Assembly (NCBI GenBank): GCA_051656485.1
Contig: JBOGBZ010000042.1
Coordinates: forward strand, 12,568-76,567
Source: Cellulosilyticaceae bacterium
Lineage (GTDB): Bacteria > Bacillota > Clostridia > Lachnospirales > Cellulosilyticaceae
Reading direction: 5' to 3'
Length of the DNA: 64,000 bases
In this document: piece after piece, positions 48,068-59,100 of the stretch
Layout: each line of letters begins with the position of its first letter
Position numbering within the stretch: position 1 is the stretch's first letter
Program-made: the position numbers and the translations under genes
Notes under the pieces: model-generated
Told to the model about the DNA's origin: nothing
Database searches by the model: none
What the model saw: the letters and a program-made list of their open reading frames with translations, nothing else

Positions 48068-48550
48068 TCATTTAATAGGCACTCCTTCTAAGAAAAATGC
48101 TATACAACATTGAATGGTCCTTGTGTCCAGTGCTCTAGCATATACCTTTTCAATATACGGTTGTACCATTAGTTTTCCCTTGGCATACAGTTGTCTTATA
48201 CTTTCCTCTGCGATTTGCTCCGGTACACCTAGTGAGAAATATTTGACCATTTCAAAACGTATCCCTTGTATAGCTTGGTTGTTATGATAACTGGTATACA
48301 ATAACTTGCCTCTAATATGCATCTCTACCATGAGCTTGTAGCCTGTGTCTACAAAGCCATCATGGCCCATTTTCTTATCTGTCTCTATTAATTGTATCTC
48401 CCCTATACTAGGTTCTACATCTACTTCTATTACCTTAACAATATCTAACATACGATTTTCCAGGGTAAATATTTCATTTATCAAATCTTCTTTAAAGCAT
48501 GTTGAATTATTGGGATACAGGGTATTGATTTTATTTCCTCCTCCAATCAT
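48068..48550 (-). CDS. Cassette 4, protein B: small SPOCS-like protein
   Basis: 160 aa from the ATG behind TAGGAGG (removes the overlap with A). GYKLMVEMHIRGKLLYTS..IQGIRFE. Confidence 0.7.
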   Translation of the reverse strand: MIGGGNKINTLYPNNSTCFKEDLINEIFTLENRMLDIVKVIEVDVEPSIGEIQLIETDKKMGHDGFVDTGYKLMVEMHIRGKLLYTSYHNNQAIQGIRFEMVKYFSLGVPEQIAEESIRQLYAKGKLMVQPYIEKVYARALDTRTIQCCIAFFLEGVPIK

Positions 48551-48560
48551 AACTATCCTC

Positions 48561-49040
48561 CTAATACACCTTTGTACCACAAAGTATCATTACATTATAA
48601 AAGAACCGCTTATCATCTAGTAGTTTTATATAACTGTCTAAAATATATATAGTGGGATACATATAGGGCAACAAATTAGTCTGTGCTGGTAAAATAATAT
48701 ATTCTGAAAATGGCTTCCTAAATCGTGCCGTCTGTACTTGACTTTCTATATGGGTATTCAAATATTCCACTCTTAATTTCAAATCCCCTACAATAAGCAT
48801 CCTTTTGCCTGTAAGATGCTGCCCTTCTACTGATGTTCCTCTAGGTGTATCTATCACTTCATAGTGTTGTATATCTACTTCTGCTTTACATTTGATGATA
48901 TCTTGGGCATGATAGTTTTTGTCCATCAGGTAGCCTACGCCTTCTAGCATACCAATCTTCGTGCCATACTGCATTAGATCTTCTTCCTGGGGTATACTTA
49001 TTCCCTCATACTTAATAAACCTTTTCGTTTGTTCTACCAT
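48561..49040 (-). CDS. Cassette 4, protein A: small SPOCS-like protein
   Basis: 159 aa, GGGGGGAG RBS. FIKYEGIS..GKRMLIVGDLKLRVEYLN. Confidence 0.7.
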   Translation of the reverse strand: MVEQTKRFIKYEGISIPQEEDLMQYGTKIGMLEGVGYLMDKNYHAQDIIKCKAEVDIQHYEVIDTPRGTSVEGQHLTGKRMLIVGDLKLRVEYLNTHIESQVQTARFRKPFSEYIILPAQTNLLPYMYPTIYILDSYIKLLDDKRFFYNVMILCGTKVY

Positions 49041-49169
49041 GTACTCCCCCCTTTTTACACTGCATTTATCTCTAACTTGTCTAGTTGTTTTTTAGTATAA
49101 AATCTATACTATTAAAGATTTTATTCGTATACGGCATGTTTGTATGTGCTTTTGTGCGTCATTATAAAG

Positions 49170-49204
49170 AAAAAATACCTGAGGTAGTAGCTACCTGAGG
49201 TATT
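49170..49204 (-). terminator. Rho-independent terminator of the giant DUF11 gene
   Basis: 13-bp stem ATACCTGAGGTAG/CTACCTGAGGTAT (one mismatch). T6 on the minus strand directly after the stop. Confidence 0.7.
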
Positions 49205-49206
49205 TC

Positions 49207-52200
49207 TTATATTTCTATTGTGATTTCTGACCATACTTCAACCTGTCGTTTGTTCATCAAATTAATGGCTTTTTGCGCCACTTCAACGTTGATTGCTTCA
49301 GCTCCTTTTGGTTCAGTCCCATAAGCAACTTTTTCAACTAATAATTTTTCCATTGATACTTCCTGAAGTGTCTTTTTTTCGCCTGTCACATAGCTTAATA
49401 CATACTGTATTTGCATTGCTACTTCTAGTTCTTTTGTTTGTTCATTTTTATGACGGATGCCTACAAGTGGTACACTAATCTTTACCTCCCTTACTTCTGT
49501 TATATCTGGTAAGCTTGCAGGTATGACAAAAACTTGGTTCTTAGGTATTTTCTTTGTATAGGGTGAAAGTACACCTAACTCATGTATAGCACTTGTGTCC
49601 CCTTCCCAAAGTGCTTGGTCTATCAATCCATATTTATAACTTACCCGCATTTCGTGCGCTAATCGCTTCTCTTTATAGCCTAGCATCACTTCGTTGCATT
49701 GAACCTTTACTTCTTCTCCCGGTTCTATAATCCCTATATTAATTCCTTCTTGTAGCTGTTGTATACCTATTCGCCTATTTTTGGTGAGCATATTCCCATC
49801 CACATATTTCATCTCTTTTGGTACGGTATACTGTATTTTGACTTCTTTGATGGAGATCGTACCTTTATTAATTAATGACAGCATATAGGTAACTCTTTCA
49901 CCTGTTTGTACTTTCTTCCCTTCTTTATCAGAGCTAATCCCTACTTCTAGATGAACGGTCTGTACCGTCAGTTCTATACGTCTTCCCATATCACTTCCAC
50001 CTACTACTTCTTGCCTTACAAGAAAATGATAACTTACTTCTGGTACGAAGGTTATATCACCTCCTTTAAGAGGTCCTATAACTTTTACCTTCAACGTCTC
50101 TATAAGGGTTTCTTGTTTTGCCAAGCCTTTCTCTATGCGATAAGGTGTCTTATCTTCTAGCTCAAAGTATGTCTCTGGGAGCAATTTGCCTAAGTCGATT
50201 TGTCCTGCATCTTGTGTCCCTCTATTGGTCAATCTTACTTTGACATCTAATACTTCTCCTATTAATGCTTCTTTTGTTCCTAAGTCTACTTCAATATCTA
50301 TTTGAGGTGCTACAACTTGTAAGCTATGGCCTATTGGCGTCGTTGTCTTTTGACGCAACTCTTTCGGATTGACTTCTGACTCATAGGTCAGGTATGTTTT
50401 GTCTTCCCACTTTCTCTCATCATTTAAAGCATCTACATACCCCTCAAAAGAGATCGTTGTACTTTGCAAAGCTTCTAGCTTCCCTACGCTTATTTCACTA
50501 GAGCCTTGCCACGCCAATCTTTCTTTATGGTCTCTCATAAGACTTTCTTTGATCATTTTGATTCCTTGTGGAAATGCTTGCTTCATGATGATATTGTGTG
50601 CAGCTATATTGCCCTTGTTGGTACAGCGAAGCTCATAGCCTATCTTTTCACCTATTGTCACTTCTTGCGTTGTTAATGTTTTTTCTGCCCATACTTCTCC
50701 AAAATCCACACTTCGTATAGTAGTCACTATCGTCTGAATAGGTAATGTTTCTATTTGTAAAACTTGATATGCATCTTTGTAGCTATAGGTTACCTTAAGT
50801 TTTGTTTCACATAGACCACTGTCTGGTACATCAACCACTTTGCCCCTAAAGCGTATGCATAGGTTCTCTGCTGGCTCTAGTCTCTCCACATATAAGCTTT
50901 GTAACGGTGTCTCTTTTTGATTCACTTCATAGCATGTCATAGAATCTTTTTGCAAGACAATGCCTTCATCCAACTCTATTTTGCCTGTTATGTGATAGGC
51001 CACTATATTGCCATCGTTCTTTAGGTTGACTTGGTACTGGATATACTCTCCTTTTTCTACATATACTTTATCTGCTTCAAAGCACACTTGCCCTTCTTGT
51101 TTTAGACCTGTATCCTCAATACATATACTGCCTTGTGTGGAATAACTTATCCCTTTTTTCAACTTCTTATCTTGCTCGTAGCTATATACTACTTGTGCGG
51201 CTAGTGTCACACAAGGCTCTTTCGGAATTGCCATTACCTCCAGCATTAACTTTTCTTCCCTTATCTCTCCTACCTCTATATAGTCAATAGTGCATGATTC
51301 TATTTCCTTAAGCCAAGGATTCTCTTTTGGGATACTTAGCTTCACATGTTGCATCGGTTTATTGCCTGTATTCTTTAAGTTATAGGTTCCTTCTATATGG
51401 TCGCCTATCCTTGCATGTTTTTTAGCCAAAGCTTGTAAGAAGGCTTCTTGCTGGAGTGGTCCCGCTGTATAAATCATAGCCACTACTGGTTCAGCATTCT
51501 CCACAACCTCACACCTACTCCTAGCTGTTTTTTCTACTTCGTAAACCAATCTTCCGCCTACTATACATCTAGCATCTTTAGATACTTCCATGACTTTTGC
51601 CTTAAATACTAGATGACAGGTACTATCAATAGGCATATCCGGCAACTGAATATGTGATAGTTGGTCATACCTTTGCTCCTGATTGACATAGAGGCTTTCT
51701 GGTAAGAATTGGAGCGTCTTATCTAGTTCTACTTGATAGTGGGGTATATGTGCTGTTGCATTACCTATATTCATCATCTCTATTGTATAAGTCAGTATAT
51801 CGCCCAGATCCCCTATACTTGGTTCTACACTTTGTTTGAAGCTACCTGTGCCTACTTCTATCTTTGGATACAGGATGGTTACTGGATTGCTTTCTATACT
51901 TTCTGTTGCCTCATAGCTTGTTATATCGTCTTCCTTGTATTTATACGTGTAGCTTATATAGCTACAGGGTCTTGCTACTTTTTCTGTTGGTAAGCCTATG
52001 ACTTCTGCTTGGTAACTCATGGTGCATACTTCCTGTGGTCTGATATCGCCTAAGCAAATCTTCTCCCAATCCACAGGCTCTTCTTGACTATATCCTCTCA
52101 CATATAAAGTTCCTGCTCTAAACCGTAGTCCTTCTCCTAATAGCTCTTGGACTGTTACTTTTTGTGCTGTACGATTACCTGTATTGTTGAAGCTTAATGT

Positions 52201-54525
52201 ATAAGTAATCACATCTCCCTTTATCGCCTGCTGACAATCCACACTTTTTTGAATACTTCCTTCTGAGCTTTTCATATTGGCTCCAAAAAGCGCTAGTGTC
52301 TGTGTATCCGTTTGAAAATGCCCCTCTAGTTCTATGCCTTGGCTAGTCTTGAATTGATAGTTCAGTTGTAGCCATAGGTCTATCTTTTCCTCTTTTACAA
52401 AGGTATCTACTTCAAAAATATATATTTTTTGAATACGTTCGCCACGATCCATCTTAGGAATAGTTAAGGCTTCATGTCGCCACTTGCCTCCTTGTTGCTC
52501 TGGTAGGATTACCTGTATATCAAAGGCAGGTATATTCCCTGTATTTTCAAGCACAAGTTCGTAACTTAGCTCCTCTCCTAACGCAGCTAACACCTTACTC
52601 GCCTTTAGACTTCCTTGTATTTGTGCCATTTCGATGACTGTTTGACATGTATCTTCCTGCTCCCTATAAGTATGCCTTTCTTCACCTAATTGATAGTTGT
52701 AGTGGACCATTGTTGTTGGACAAATACTACATCCTACATCCTTAGTTATGATTTTTGCCTCATAGGATACTGTTTTTTTTGCACCTACTGGAATATCACC
52801 AACTTCTATACCACCTTCACTTGCAATGGCATGGTCTACTAAACATAATTTTTCATCTATCACTTCTTTCAGTCTTACATTTTGTGCAGGCAAGTTCCCT
52901 TTATTATGAAGCTCTATGGTATAGTGTAGGCTATCTCCTAATTGTGCTACTTTTTTGTCCACCCTTTTTACGAGTCCACCTTCTGCTACGGACAAAATAG
53001 GCATTTGCACCACAAGCCCCTCTTCGTGGAGTAAAGTCATTTCTTTTTTTATACGTCGCTTATTGAGTGCGTACTCATAGTTTATTTTTGCTCTTAATTG
53101 TACTATTTCTCCTTTTGGAATGGCATGTGCTTGTATGCTAAAGGGTATCTGAAGACTTTGGCTAGGTAGGATGTTATCCCCTACACGTATCACTTGCTCT
53201 GTACTACTTACTTCTTTTGGTAGTTCTATAAATACCTGTATTTTTTCGACTGTTTGATTACCTTCATTGATAAGCACAATCGTACCTTCTACTGTTTCAT
53301 GCAGTGGTACCCTCTTCTTTTGTAATGTAATAAGAGAAGATGCTTCTTTATTCTGATACAGAATACCACCTTCTACCCACACAGTATCTTTTATTAGGCT
53401 CATCTCTCTTTGTACTTTTTGATTATTTTTCTCATAGCTATATACAAGTTTTCCATTTTCACCTATTGGATTTTTCCTAGGAATTTGTTCACCTACTTGT
53501 AGGCTATAGACCAAATGCACCGTTTCCCCTGATGCTATATCCCCTAACAAAATCCCATCTTGTAGGGTACCTTTATTTTTGGGGACGCCATTTATAAGTA
53601 CACTTTTGGGTATCCACTGTGTTCCTTCTGGTATCTTCTCTTGATAGTATACTTTTTCTGCTTGTTTGTTCCCTTTGTTGGTAAACCAAAGTGTATAATC
53701 GATGCTATCGCCGACTGTACATTGCCTTACCGATACTGTTTTTTGGATGCCACCTAATGTTTCTTGGAAGGTAGCTGTTTCTATTGCAATAGAGTGGGGT
53801 TTTGTGGTGTAATTTTGAGACACCATTTGCCGATTTGCAAAATAAAAATCATAGCTTAATTGCATCTGATGACTTAATTCATAGCTGTCTGGTATCGTCT
53901 TACATACCATCTTATAGGTCACTTCATATTGTTGTCCTACCTCTAGCTGCTTGATATGAAGTTTGGTCTTCACCTGATCTTCTTCAAGGAGTATACAGTA
54001 TGGGTCTACTATCGGTTGAAGCCTGACATCAAAAGCAGACGTATTACCTCTATTCATAATTGTTAATGTATAGTTTATTTCATCCTCTATATCAATGACT
54101 TCCTTGTCGCGTTTTAATATGATACTTCCCATCTCTTCACTTAAACAAGGGTCTGTTATAAGTGTAATCACTGTATTACTTTGGATGATTTTCTTGTGTC
54201 CATCTTTTTCTAGCCAATAGGTGGCATCTATTGTATTGGTAAGAGAATGCATCATAGGTATAACTTTGGCATAGCTTTGCCACACTACTGTTTTTCGCTC
54301 ACCTACCCCTAATGGACCTATGTAAACGCCTTCTCTCATATTACCTTGCCAGCTTATTTCTTCTACTGCAAGGGAGTGCTTAATCATCTCCAACTCTTCT
54401 GCGCCATAGCTTACTAATGCTACTTCTTTCACCCCATTTTCTTCATCATTATAGAGTGTTACAGTATATGTTAACGGTTCACCTACAATTGCAAAAGCCT
54501 TATCTACTTTTATATACAGATACAT
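49207..54525 (-). CDS. Giant repeat protein: 13x DUF11 repeats + C-terminal SPOCS-like domain
   Basis: ~1772 aa from the ATG behind GGGGG. I counted 13 occurrences of the DUF11 core ([VIL]G[DE]x[IL]xY[TE][IL]xxxNxGN). C-terminus IPASLPDITEVREVKISV... No signal peptide. Confidence 0.8.
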   Translation of the reverse strand: MYLYIKVDKAFAIVGEPLTYTVTLYNDEENGVKEVALVSYGAEELEMIKHSLAVEEISWQGNMREGVYIGPLGVGERKTVVWQSYAKVIPMMHSLTNTIDATYWLEKDGHKKIIQSNTVITLITDPCLSEEMGSIILKRDKEVIDIEDEINYTLTIMNRGNTSAFDVRLQPIVDPYCILLEEDQVKTKLHIKQLEVGQQYEVTYKMVCKTIPDSYELSHQMQLSYDFYFANRQMVSQNYTTKPHSIAIETATFQETLGGIQKTVSVRQCTVGDSIDYTLWFTNKGNKQAEKVYYQEKIPEGTQWIPKSVLINGVPKNKGTLQDGILLGDIASGETVHLVYSLQVGEQIPRKNPIGENGKLVYSYEKNNQKVQREMSLIKDTVWVEGGILYQNKEASSLITLQKKRVPLHETVEGTIVLINEGNQTVEKIQVFIELPKEVSSTEQVIRVGDNILPSQSLQIPFSIQAHAIPKGEIVQLRAKINYEYALNKRRIKKEMTLLHEEGLVVQMPILSVAEGGLVKRVDKKVAQLGDSLHYTIELHNKGNLPAQNVRLKEVIDEKLCLVDHAIASEGGIEVGDIPVGAKKTVSYEAKIITKDVGCSICPTTMVHYNYQLGEERHTYREQEDTCQTVIEMAQIQGSLKASKVLAALGEELSYELVLENTGNIPAFDIQVILPEQQGGKWRHEALTIPKMDRGERIQKIYIFEVDTFVKEEKIDLWLQLNYQFKTSQGIELEGHFQTDTQTLALFGANMKSSEGSIQKSVDCQQAIKGDVITYTLSFNNTGNRTAQKVTVQELLGEGLRFRAGTLYVRGYSQEEPVDWEKICLGDIRPQEVCTMSYQAEVIGLPTEKVARPCSYISYTYKYKEDDITSYEATESIESNPVTILYPKIEVGTGSFKQSVEPSIGDLGDILTYTIEMMNIGNATAHIPHYQVELDKTLQFLPESLYVNQEQRYDQLSHIQLPDMPIDSTCHLVFKAKVMEVSKDARCIVGGRLVYEVEKTARSRCEVVENAEPVVAMIYTAGPLQQEAFLQALAKKHARIGDHIEGTYNLKNTGNKPMQHVKLSIPKENPWLKEIESCTIDYIEVGEIREEKLMLEVMAIPKEPCVTLAAQVVYSYEQDKKLKKGISYSTQGSICIEDTGLKQEGQVCFEADKVYVEKGEYIQYQVNLKNDGNIVAYHITGKIELDEGIVLQKDSMTCYEVNQKETPLQSLYVERLEPAENLCIRFRGKVVDVPDSGLCETKLKVTYSYKDAYQVLQIETLPIQTIVTTIRSVDFGEVWAEKTLTTQEVTIGEKIGYELRCTNKGNIAAHNIIMKQAFPQGIKMIKESLMRDHKERLAWQGSSEISVGKLEALQSTTISFEGYVDALNDERKWEDKTYLTYESEVNPKELRQKTTTPIGHSLQVVAPQIDIEVDLGTKEALIGEVLDVKVRLTNRGTQDAGQIDLGKLLPETYFELEDKTPYRIEKGLAKQETLIETLKVKVIGPLKGGDITFVPEVSYHFLVRQEVVGGSDMGRRIELTVQTVHLEVGISSDKEGKKVQTGERVTYMLSLINKGTISIKEVKIQYTVPKEMKYVDGNMLTKNRRIGIQQLQEGINIGIIEPGEEVKVQCNEVMLGYKEKRLAHEMRVSYKYGLIDQALWEGDTSAIHELGVLSPYTKKIPKNQVFVIPASLPDITEVREVKISVPLVGIRHKNEQTKELEVAMQIQYVLSYVTGEKKTLQEVSMEKLLVEKVAYGTEPKGAEAINVEVAQKAINLMNKRQVEVWSEITIEI

Positions 54526-54690
54526 ACAATACCCCCTATAAATACTTCTTAACATTATATTAGTACATCCTCTCCTCTATGCACTTTTTACCTACTAGGC
54601 TTGGTTTTTTTTGTATTTTATAAATATTCGTCTTCTATACTGTATATATATATATGGAACTCTATGTACACCGAAGGAGGTATCTATGCA

Positions 54691-55161
54691 ATGTATGCAC
54701 AAGTTTACGATGAAGTTAACTACTCTCTTAATCCCATTTGTGAGGGTCAATCCTCCCATATTTTAATTGAAACTTCTCCTTCAAATATTCGTACCGATGT
54801 CGCTCTCTCTACCAAGCATCATCTCAAATTATGGGGGCAACTCAAAACAGGTGATGCCCTACCTCTTTATAAAGCCTCGGTGATATTGATCCAAGCCTCT
54901 TGTGCTGTTGGCCATATAGAAACACATCAAATTGCTTTTACAAAAACAGATTTAAGTGGCTTTTATTTTTTTGAAGCCACTCTCAATCTAACTGGCTGCT
55001 ATAAGCTTATGATTCAACCTCGTAATCTGAAAAATTGTAAACTCCTTTCTTTAGATTTTACAAATTGCTCCATGCCTGCCTCTTTTAAGAAGCATTGTCA
55101 CCAAATATTACTTCAACCATCTACTACCTCAAATCACGAAAAGGGGGGCTCCTACATATGA
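54691..55161 (+). CDS. Ig-like (carboxypeptidase-regulatory-like) domain protein without Pro stalk
   Basis: 156 aa from the ATG after GAAGGAGG. LKLWGQLKTGDALPLYKASVILIQ..TDLSGFYFFE matches the head domain of the family. The stop overlaps the next ATG (ATGA). Confidence 0.55.
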   Translation: MYAQVYDEVNYSLNPICEGQSSHILIETSPSNIRTDVALSTKHHLKLWGQLKTGDALPLYKASVILIQASCAVGHIETHQIAFTKTDLSGFYFFEATLNLTGCYKLMIQPRNLKNCKLLSLDFTNCSMPASFKKHCHQILLQPSTTSNHEKGGSYI

Positions 55162-55610
55162 AATCCAATGATTTTATCAAGTACATTGGTATTGAAGCAA
55201 AACCTCATATTCATACACCTTATTTCACCCGTGTTGTCTGTAATGCTTCGCTTAAGCTTCCCAATACAGTTCCCTTAATCAAGGAGTTAGCATCTGTATC
55301 AGCCAAGCCAACTGTATCAACTGCCGAAAAAATTCTGATAAAAGCGACAGATGACACCATGGTTGCTAAGGCACTTATTGGTGGGCATATTCATCTTTCG
55401 TTTCAATACGCAACACCTGATCCTAGATATGCACTTTATTTTGGTAATCATTATTTACATTTTGCTGAATATTTAAGCTTGCCCGAGGATCTCTCACCTA
55501 CTGTCACCCTTTTCCCAACGGTGTATATAGAAGATATCTTTTCTCATATGGTTGATTCTACTACGGTGTATCACAACGTTATTTTACTTATACTCATTGA
55601 TTTTGGCTAA
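55158..55610 (+). CDS. Cassette 5, protein A: divergent small SPOCS-like protein
   Basis: 150 aa. FIKYIGIE..LIGGHIHLSFQYAT..VYIEDIFS. Same layout as the other A proteins. Confidence 0.65.
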   Translation: MKSNDFIKYIGIEAKPHIHTPYFTRVVCNASLKLPNTVPLIKELASVSAKPTVSTAEKILIKATDDTMVAKALIGGHIHLSFQYATPDPRYALYFGNHYLHFAEYLSLPEDLSPTVTLFPTVYIEDIFSHMVDSTTVYHNVILLILIDFG

Positions 55611-55623
55611 AAGGAGGTCTCTT

Positions 55624-56076
55624 ATGTCATTGAACCCTACATCCCACTTTACTGTTGAAAAATCCATACTAGAATTTTTGCACCTACCTCCACATAAGCC
55701 TGAAGCTATCCAACTTGTAGATTCCCACATTATCCCTACTGTCTTGGACTATACCTTTACTGAAATTCAAAAAGGATTATCCTACGAGGGACAATCCTTA
55801 TTAGGTGTCATACTGGTAATCCATCTATCCTTTGCTGAAAAACTCACTTATCTTGGGCATACAGCTTCTGATACTTTTCACTCTGCACATTATGCTTCTC
55901 TTCGAAGTGTATCTATTGATTTGCCACCACAGATTAAAAAAAACAATACCCTTACGCTCTTAAAGACAGGGAGCTTTACCATCTATCCTTCCATTGAGTC
56001 TATCTCCACCAAGCTCTTGGATGCGCGCTCTATCCAACAAATTTCTTTTCTTCGTGTTACTATTGTTCCTCATTAA
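55624..56076 (+). CDS. Cassette 5, protein B: divergent small SPOCS-like protein
   Basis: 150 aa, AAGGAGG RBS. LPPHKPEAIQLVDS..GVILVIHLSFAEKLTYLG..FHSAHY. Confidence 0.65.
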   Translation: MSLNPTSHFTVEKSILEFLHLPPHKPEAIQLVDSHIIPTVLDYTFTEIQKGLSYEGQSLLGVILVIHLSFAEKLTYLGHTASDTFHSAHYASLRSVSIDLPPQIKKNNTLTLLKTGSFTIYPSIESISTKLLDARSIQQISFLRVTIVPH

Positions 56077-56103
56077 TTCGCTTTAGAAAGGAGGCTATGC
56101 CTT

Positions 56104-59100
56104 ATGTCCGCTGTAATTACTGGTATTGTATTTGATGATACATCTCATAGTGGCATTTATACAAAAGAAAACGCCGGAATTGCCAACGTCTGTATGGTAC
56201 TCCAGACCCCTACTCATACTTTGATAACAACGCTCACTAATCATGAAGGGCATTTTACTTTTGATGTGAAAATTCCTGGAAAATATGTCCTCTATGAACT
56301 GGGCAATGCTACTAAGGATCTTGCAACACTTCCATCAACATGTCCACTTTTATTTGGCTATACAGGTGTTACAACCCCTAGAGCCGCTGTTTTCTCTGTC
56401 TCACTTCATCAAATACATAGTCATATAACCCTGGATGCTTTCTATTTTGGTTATGATTATTCCGAAGCATTTTCGCCTACTGCTGATGCTTATTATATTT
56501 ATCCAAAGGATACAACACTTTATACGCTTAACTTAATAACAGGTATAAGCTCTCCCTATGCAAAACTTTCGCAGTCTGGACACTATAGTTGTGTCGCTTA
56601 TGATGCTACTAGCCATTATCTCTATGGCTATGAACCACTACGACACCAAATTTTTAGGATTACAAAAGAGGGGTTTGTCACCTTCTATACCATTCCTTCT
56701 TTGCCTCAAAAAAAATACACGGCCTGTGCTATTGATGCCAAAGGGCTTCTTTATCTGTATCTGCCTAATGATATGGATATCTATATCATTCAACTAGATG
56801 TTCACTCACCAAATTTTATGCAACTTGTTTTGCCTACACGTCTGACGCCTCTTGTAGAAGATGCTCCAAGTATCGTGACCCATCCTCTTAACCTAAAGGC
56901 TTGGGCATTTCACCCCCATACCCTCTATCTGTATGGCATTACCGAAATGGGGACTGTTCTACGTATTGATGCCAAAAATGGCAGTTCTGAAGATCTTATT
57001 ACAACAGGCACCCCCCTTTCTTCTTGTACATCCTTATTTTTTGATTATGCTGGTGTAATGTATTGTCTTTATGAGAATGCCAACACTCTCTACCGTATTA
57101 GTACGACAGCAAAAGAAGCTATTGCTGAGGTCTTTTGTTCTCTTAAGCGTCCTTTCTTGGGGTGTTGCACCCGCTCTAGCGATATGCCACTCCTTATCCA
57201 TCTAGGCACTGCACCGGACCTCTCCTCCACTAATGCCAAAGGAAATTATAGTACAACTTTAGCCAACAACGGTCCTCGTCATCCATCTACCCATACCTTG
57301 CGCTTTGCTTCTGATGCCTCAGCACCTCATTCGCTACCTTCTTTGCAAATGAGCGAACAAGACTATACCATTGAACTACCCGTTGTAAATCGCACAGGGA
57401 AAAATGCCTTTTTGTATGGTTGGATTGACTTTAATCAAAATGGTGTTTTTGAACCTACTGAAGCTTGCGAAGTTCTAAGTATTCCTTCTCATCCTTCAGA
57501 TATTCAAACTGCAAAACTTGCTTTTGCTCTTTCCAATAAGCTTACACTTTCTGTGGGCGAGACGTATTGTAGGTTCCGTCTGACCACAGATACCCTTTCA
57601 CCTCCTACCTCTACTGATATTGACATGCGTTCCCTTGGTGTGGTTTCTGATGGTCAGGTATTAGACTGTCCTCTATCTATCACCGGACTTCCTCCTAGTG
57701 GTATCACTGCTATCTATGAGGTATGTTTTATGAATGAGCATTTGGCTGGCTCCTGTACATTGACCGATCCTTGCCATGGTACTTTGGTCTATACCTTGTC
57801 AAAACGCCCATCTCATGGTTTGCTCGAGTTAGATACCCACTCTGGCAAGTGGCGCTATACCCCGAAGGCTGACTTTGTAGGTGATGATACCTTCAACTTA
57901 CAGGCTACCTCTTCTACAAGCGGGCTTTTTGAAACGATCCATGTGGTTGTACACACACTTCTTGTATCCCTAGCATTTGAACTTGCTAGCCCAATGAAGG
58001 AAATGCTTACGACTGATGTCCTTTCTTATACATTACGCCTAAAAAACAAGGGGACGATTCCACTTACTCAACTTATGCTTCAGAACTTAATTCCTTTTGG
58101 ATGTGTCTTTGTCCCCCATTCTGCTACTGTGAATGGGCTCCATACATCTACCATAGATTTAGAAAAAAACTTTACCTTAGAGGAACTCTTGCCTTCTGAT
58201 ACCTATACTCTCACTTATCAGTGTGAACTTGCTGCTGAACTGGACCATATCGCCACTACTTGCACTTGTCAGTATACTTACAAAGCGCATCCAGATGCTA
58301 CCTCCACCACTCGTACTACAACCAGTAGTGCCCCTAACATTAATGTTTTTTCTCCACATCTAGTAGTAGATATGGTCTCAGACACCTCCAATGCTTTAGT
58401 GCAAGATACCATTTACCTTACGCTGAAACTTTCCAATGTGGGTACAATACCCCTTACGGATATTCGCATTTATCCTAGACTTGATGAGTCCCTTACTTAC
58501 CAAAATGATTTAGCACTAGATGGTGAGCTTGGCTACACTTCTTTTTTAAGAGGCTATACTATTCCTCATTTAGCCCCAGATACTACCCTTGTATTTACTT
58601 TTTCAGCCACTATCAAACCCCTTGCTCACACCAAAACCTTGTCTTCTTTCTTCAAAACGGAGTTTGCCTATACCGTTAACCATCAAACGTACTCGTCTAC
58701 ACAACATTCTGACAAACATTTACTCAAAGTACATGTACCACCTTTTACATTGACTAAGACACCTTCAAAAATAGATGTTTCCATAGGTGAAGTTTTCACT
58801 TATACCTATACCTTAAAAAACGAAAGTGATCTGCCACTTATGCACGTTGTTATTCAAGATGTACTTCCGGCTTTCTTAGAAGTTATGGAAGTAGCTTCAA
58901 ATGACGGACTTCTTCCTCATACACTTTCTACTGGAATCCCACTCCCTAAAGTGGGTGCTCATCATACAGAATCTTTGGTAGTCCATCTCAAAGTATTAGG
59001 GCGTCCTGATAGTCTTATGGTTCCTTCTATGTGCGAGGCTACTTTCAACATTCAATTGCCTGATACAGATATGCCACGTACCCAAACCCTCTCTTCTGCA

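Noticed and set aside
54555-54601. N-terminal extensions suggested by the ORF track (TTG/GTG or far-upstream ATG starts at 28286, 29269, 32769, 46788, 48063, 48580, 54555, 54601, 55095, 55552, 61469, 62848, 63624).
   Set aside because: In each case an internal start codon sits 5-10 nt after a strong GGAGG-type RBS, matches the N-termini of paralogs, and removes gene overlaps. The extended versions would overlap the upstream gene or start without an RBS.
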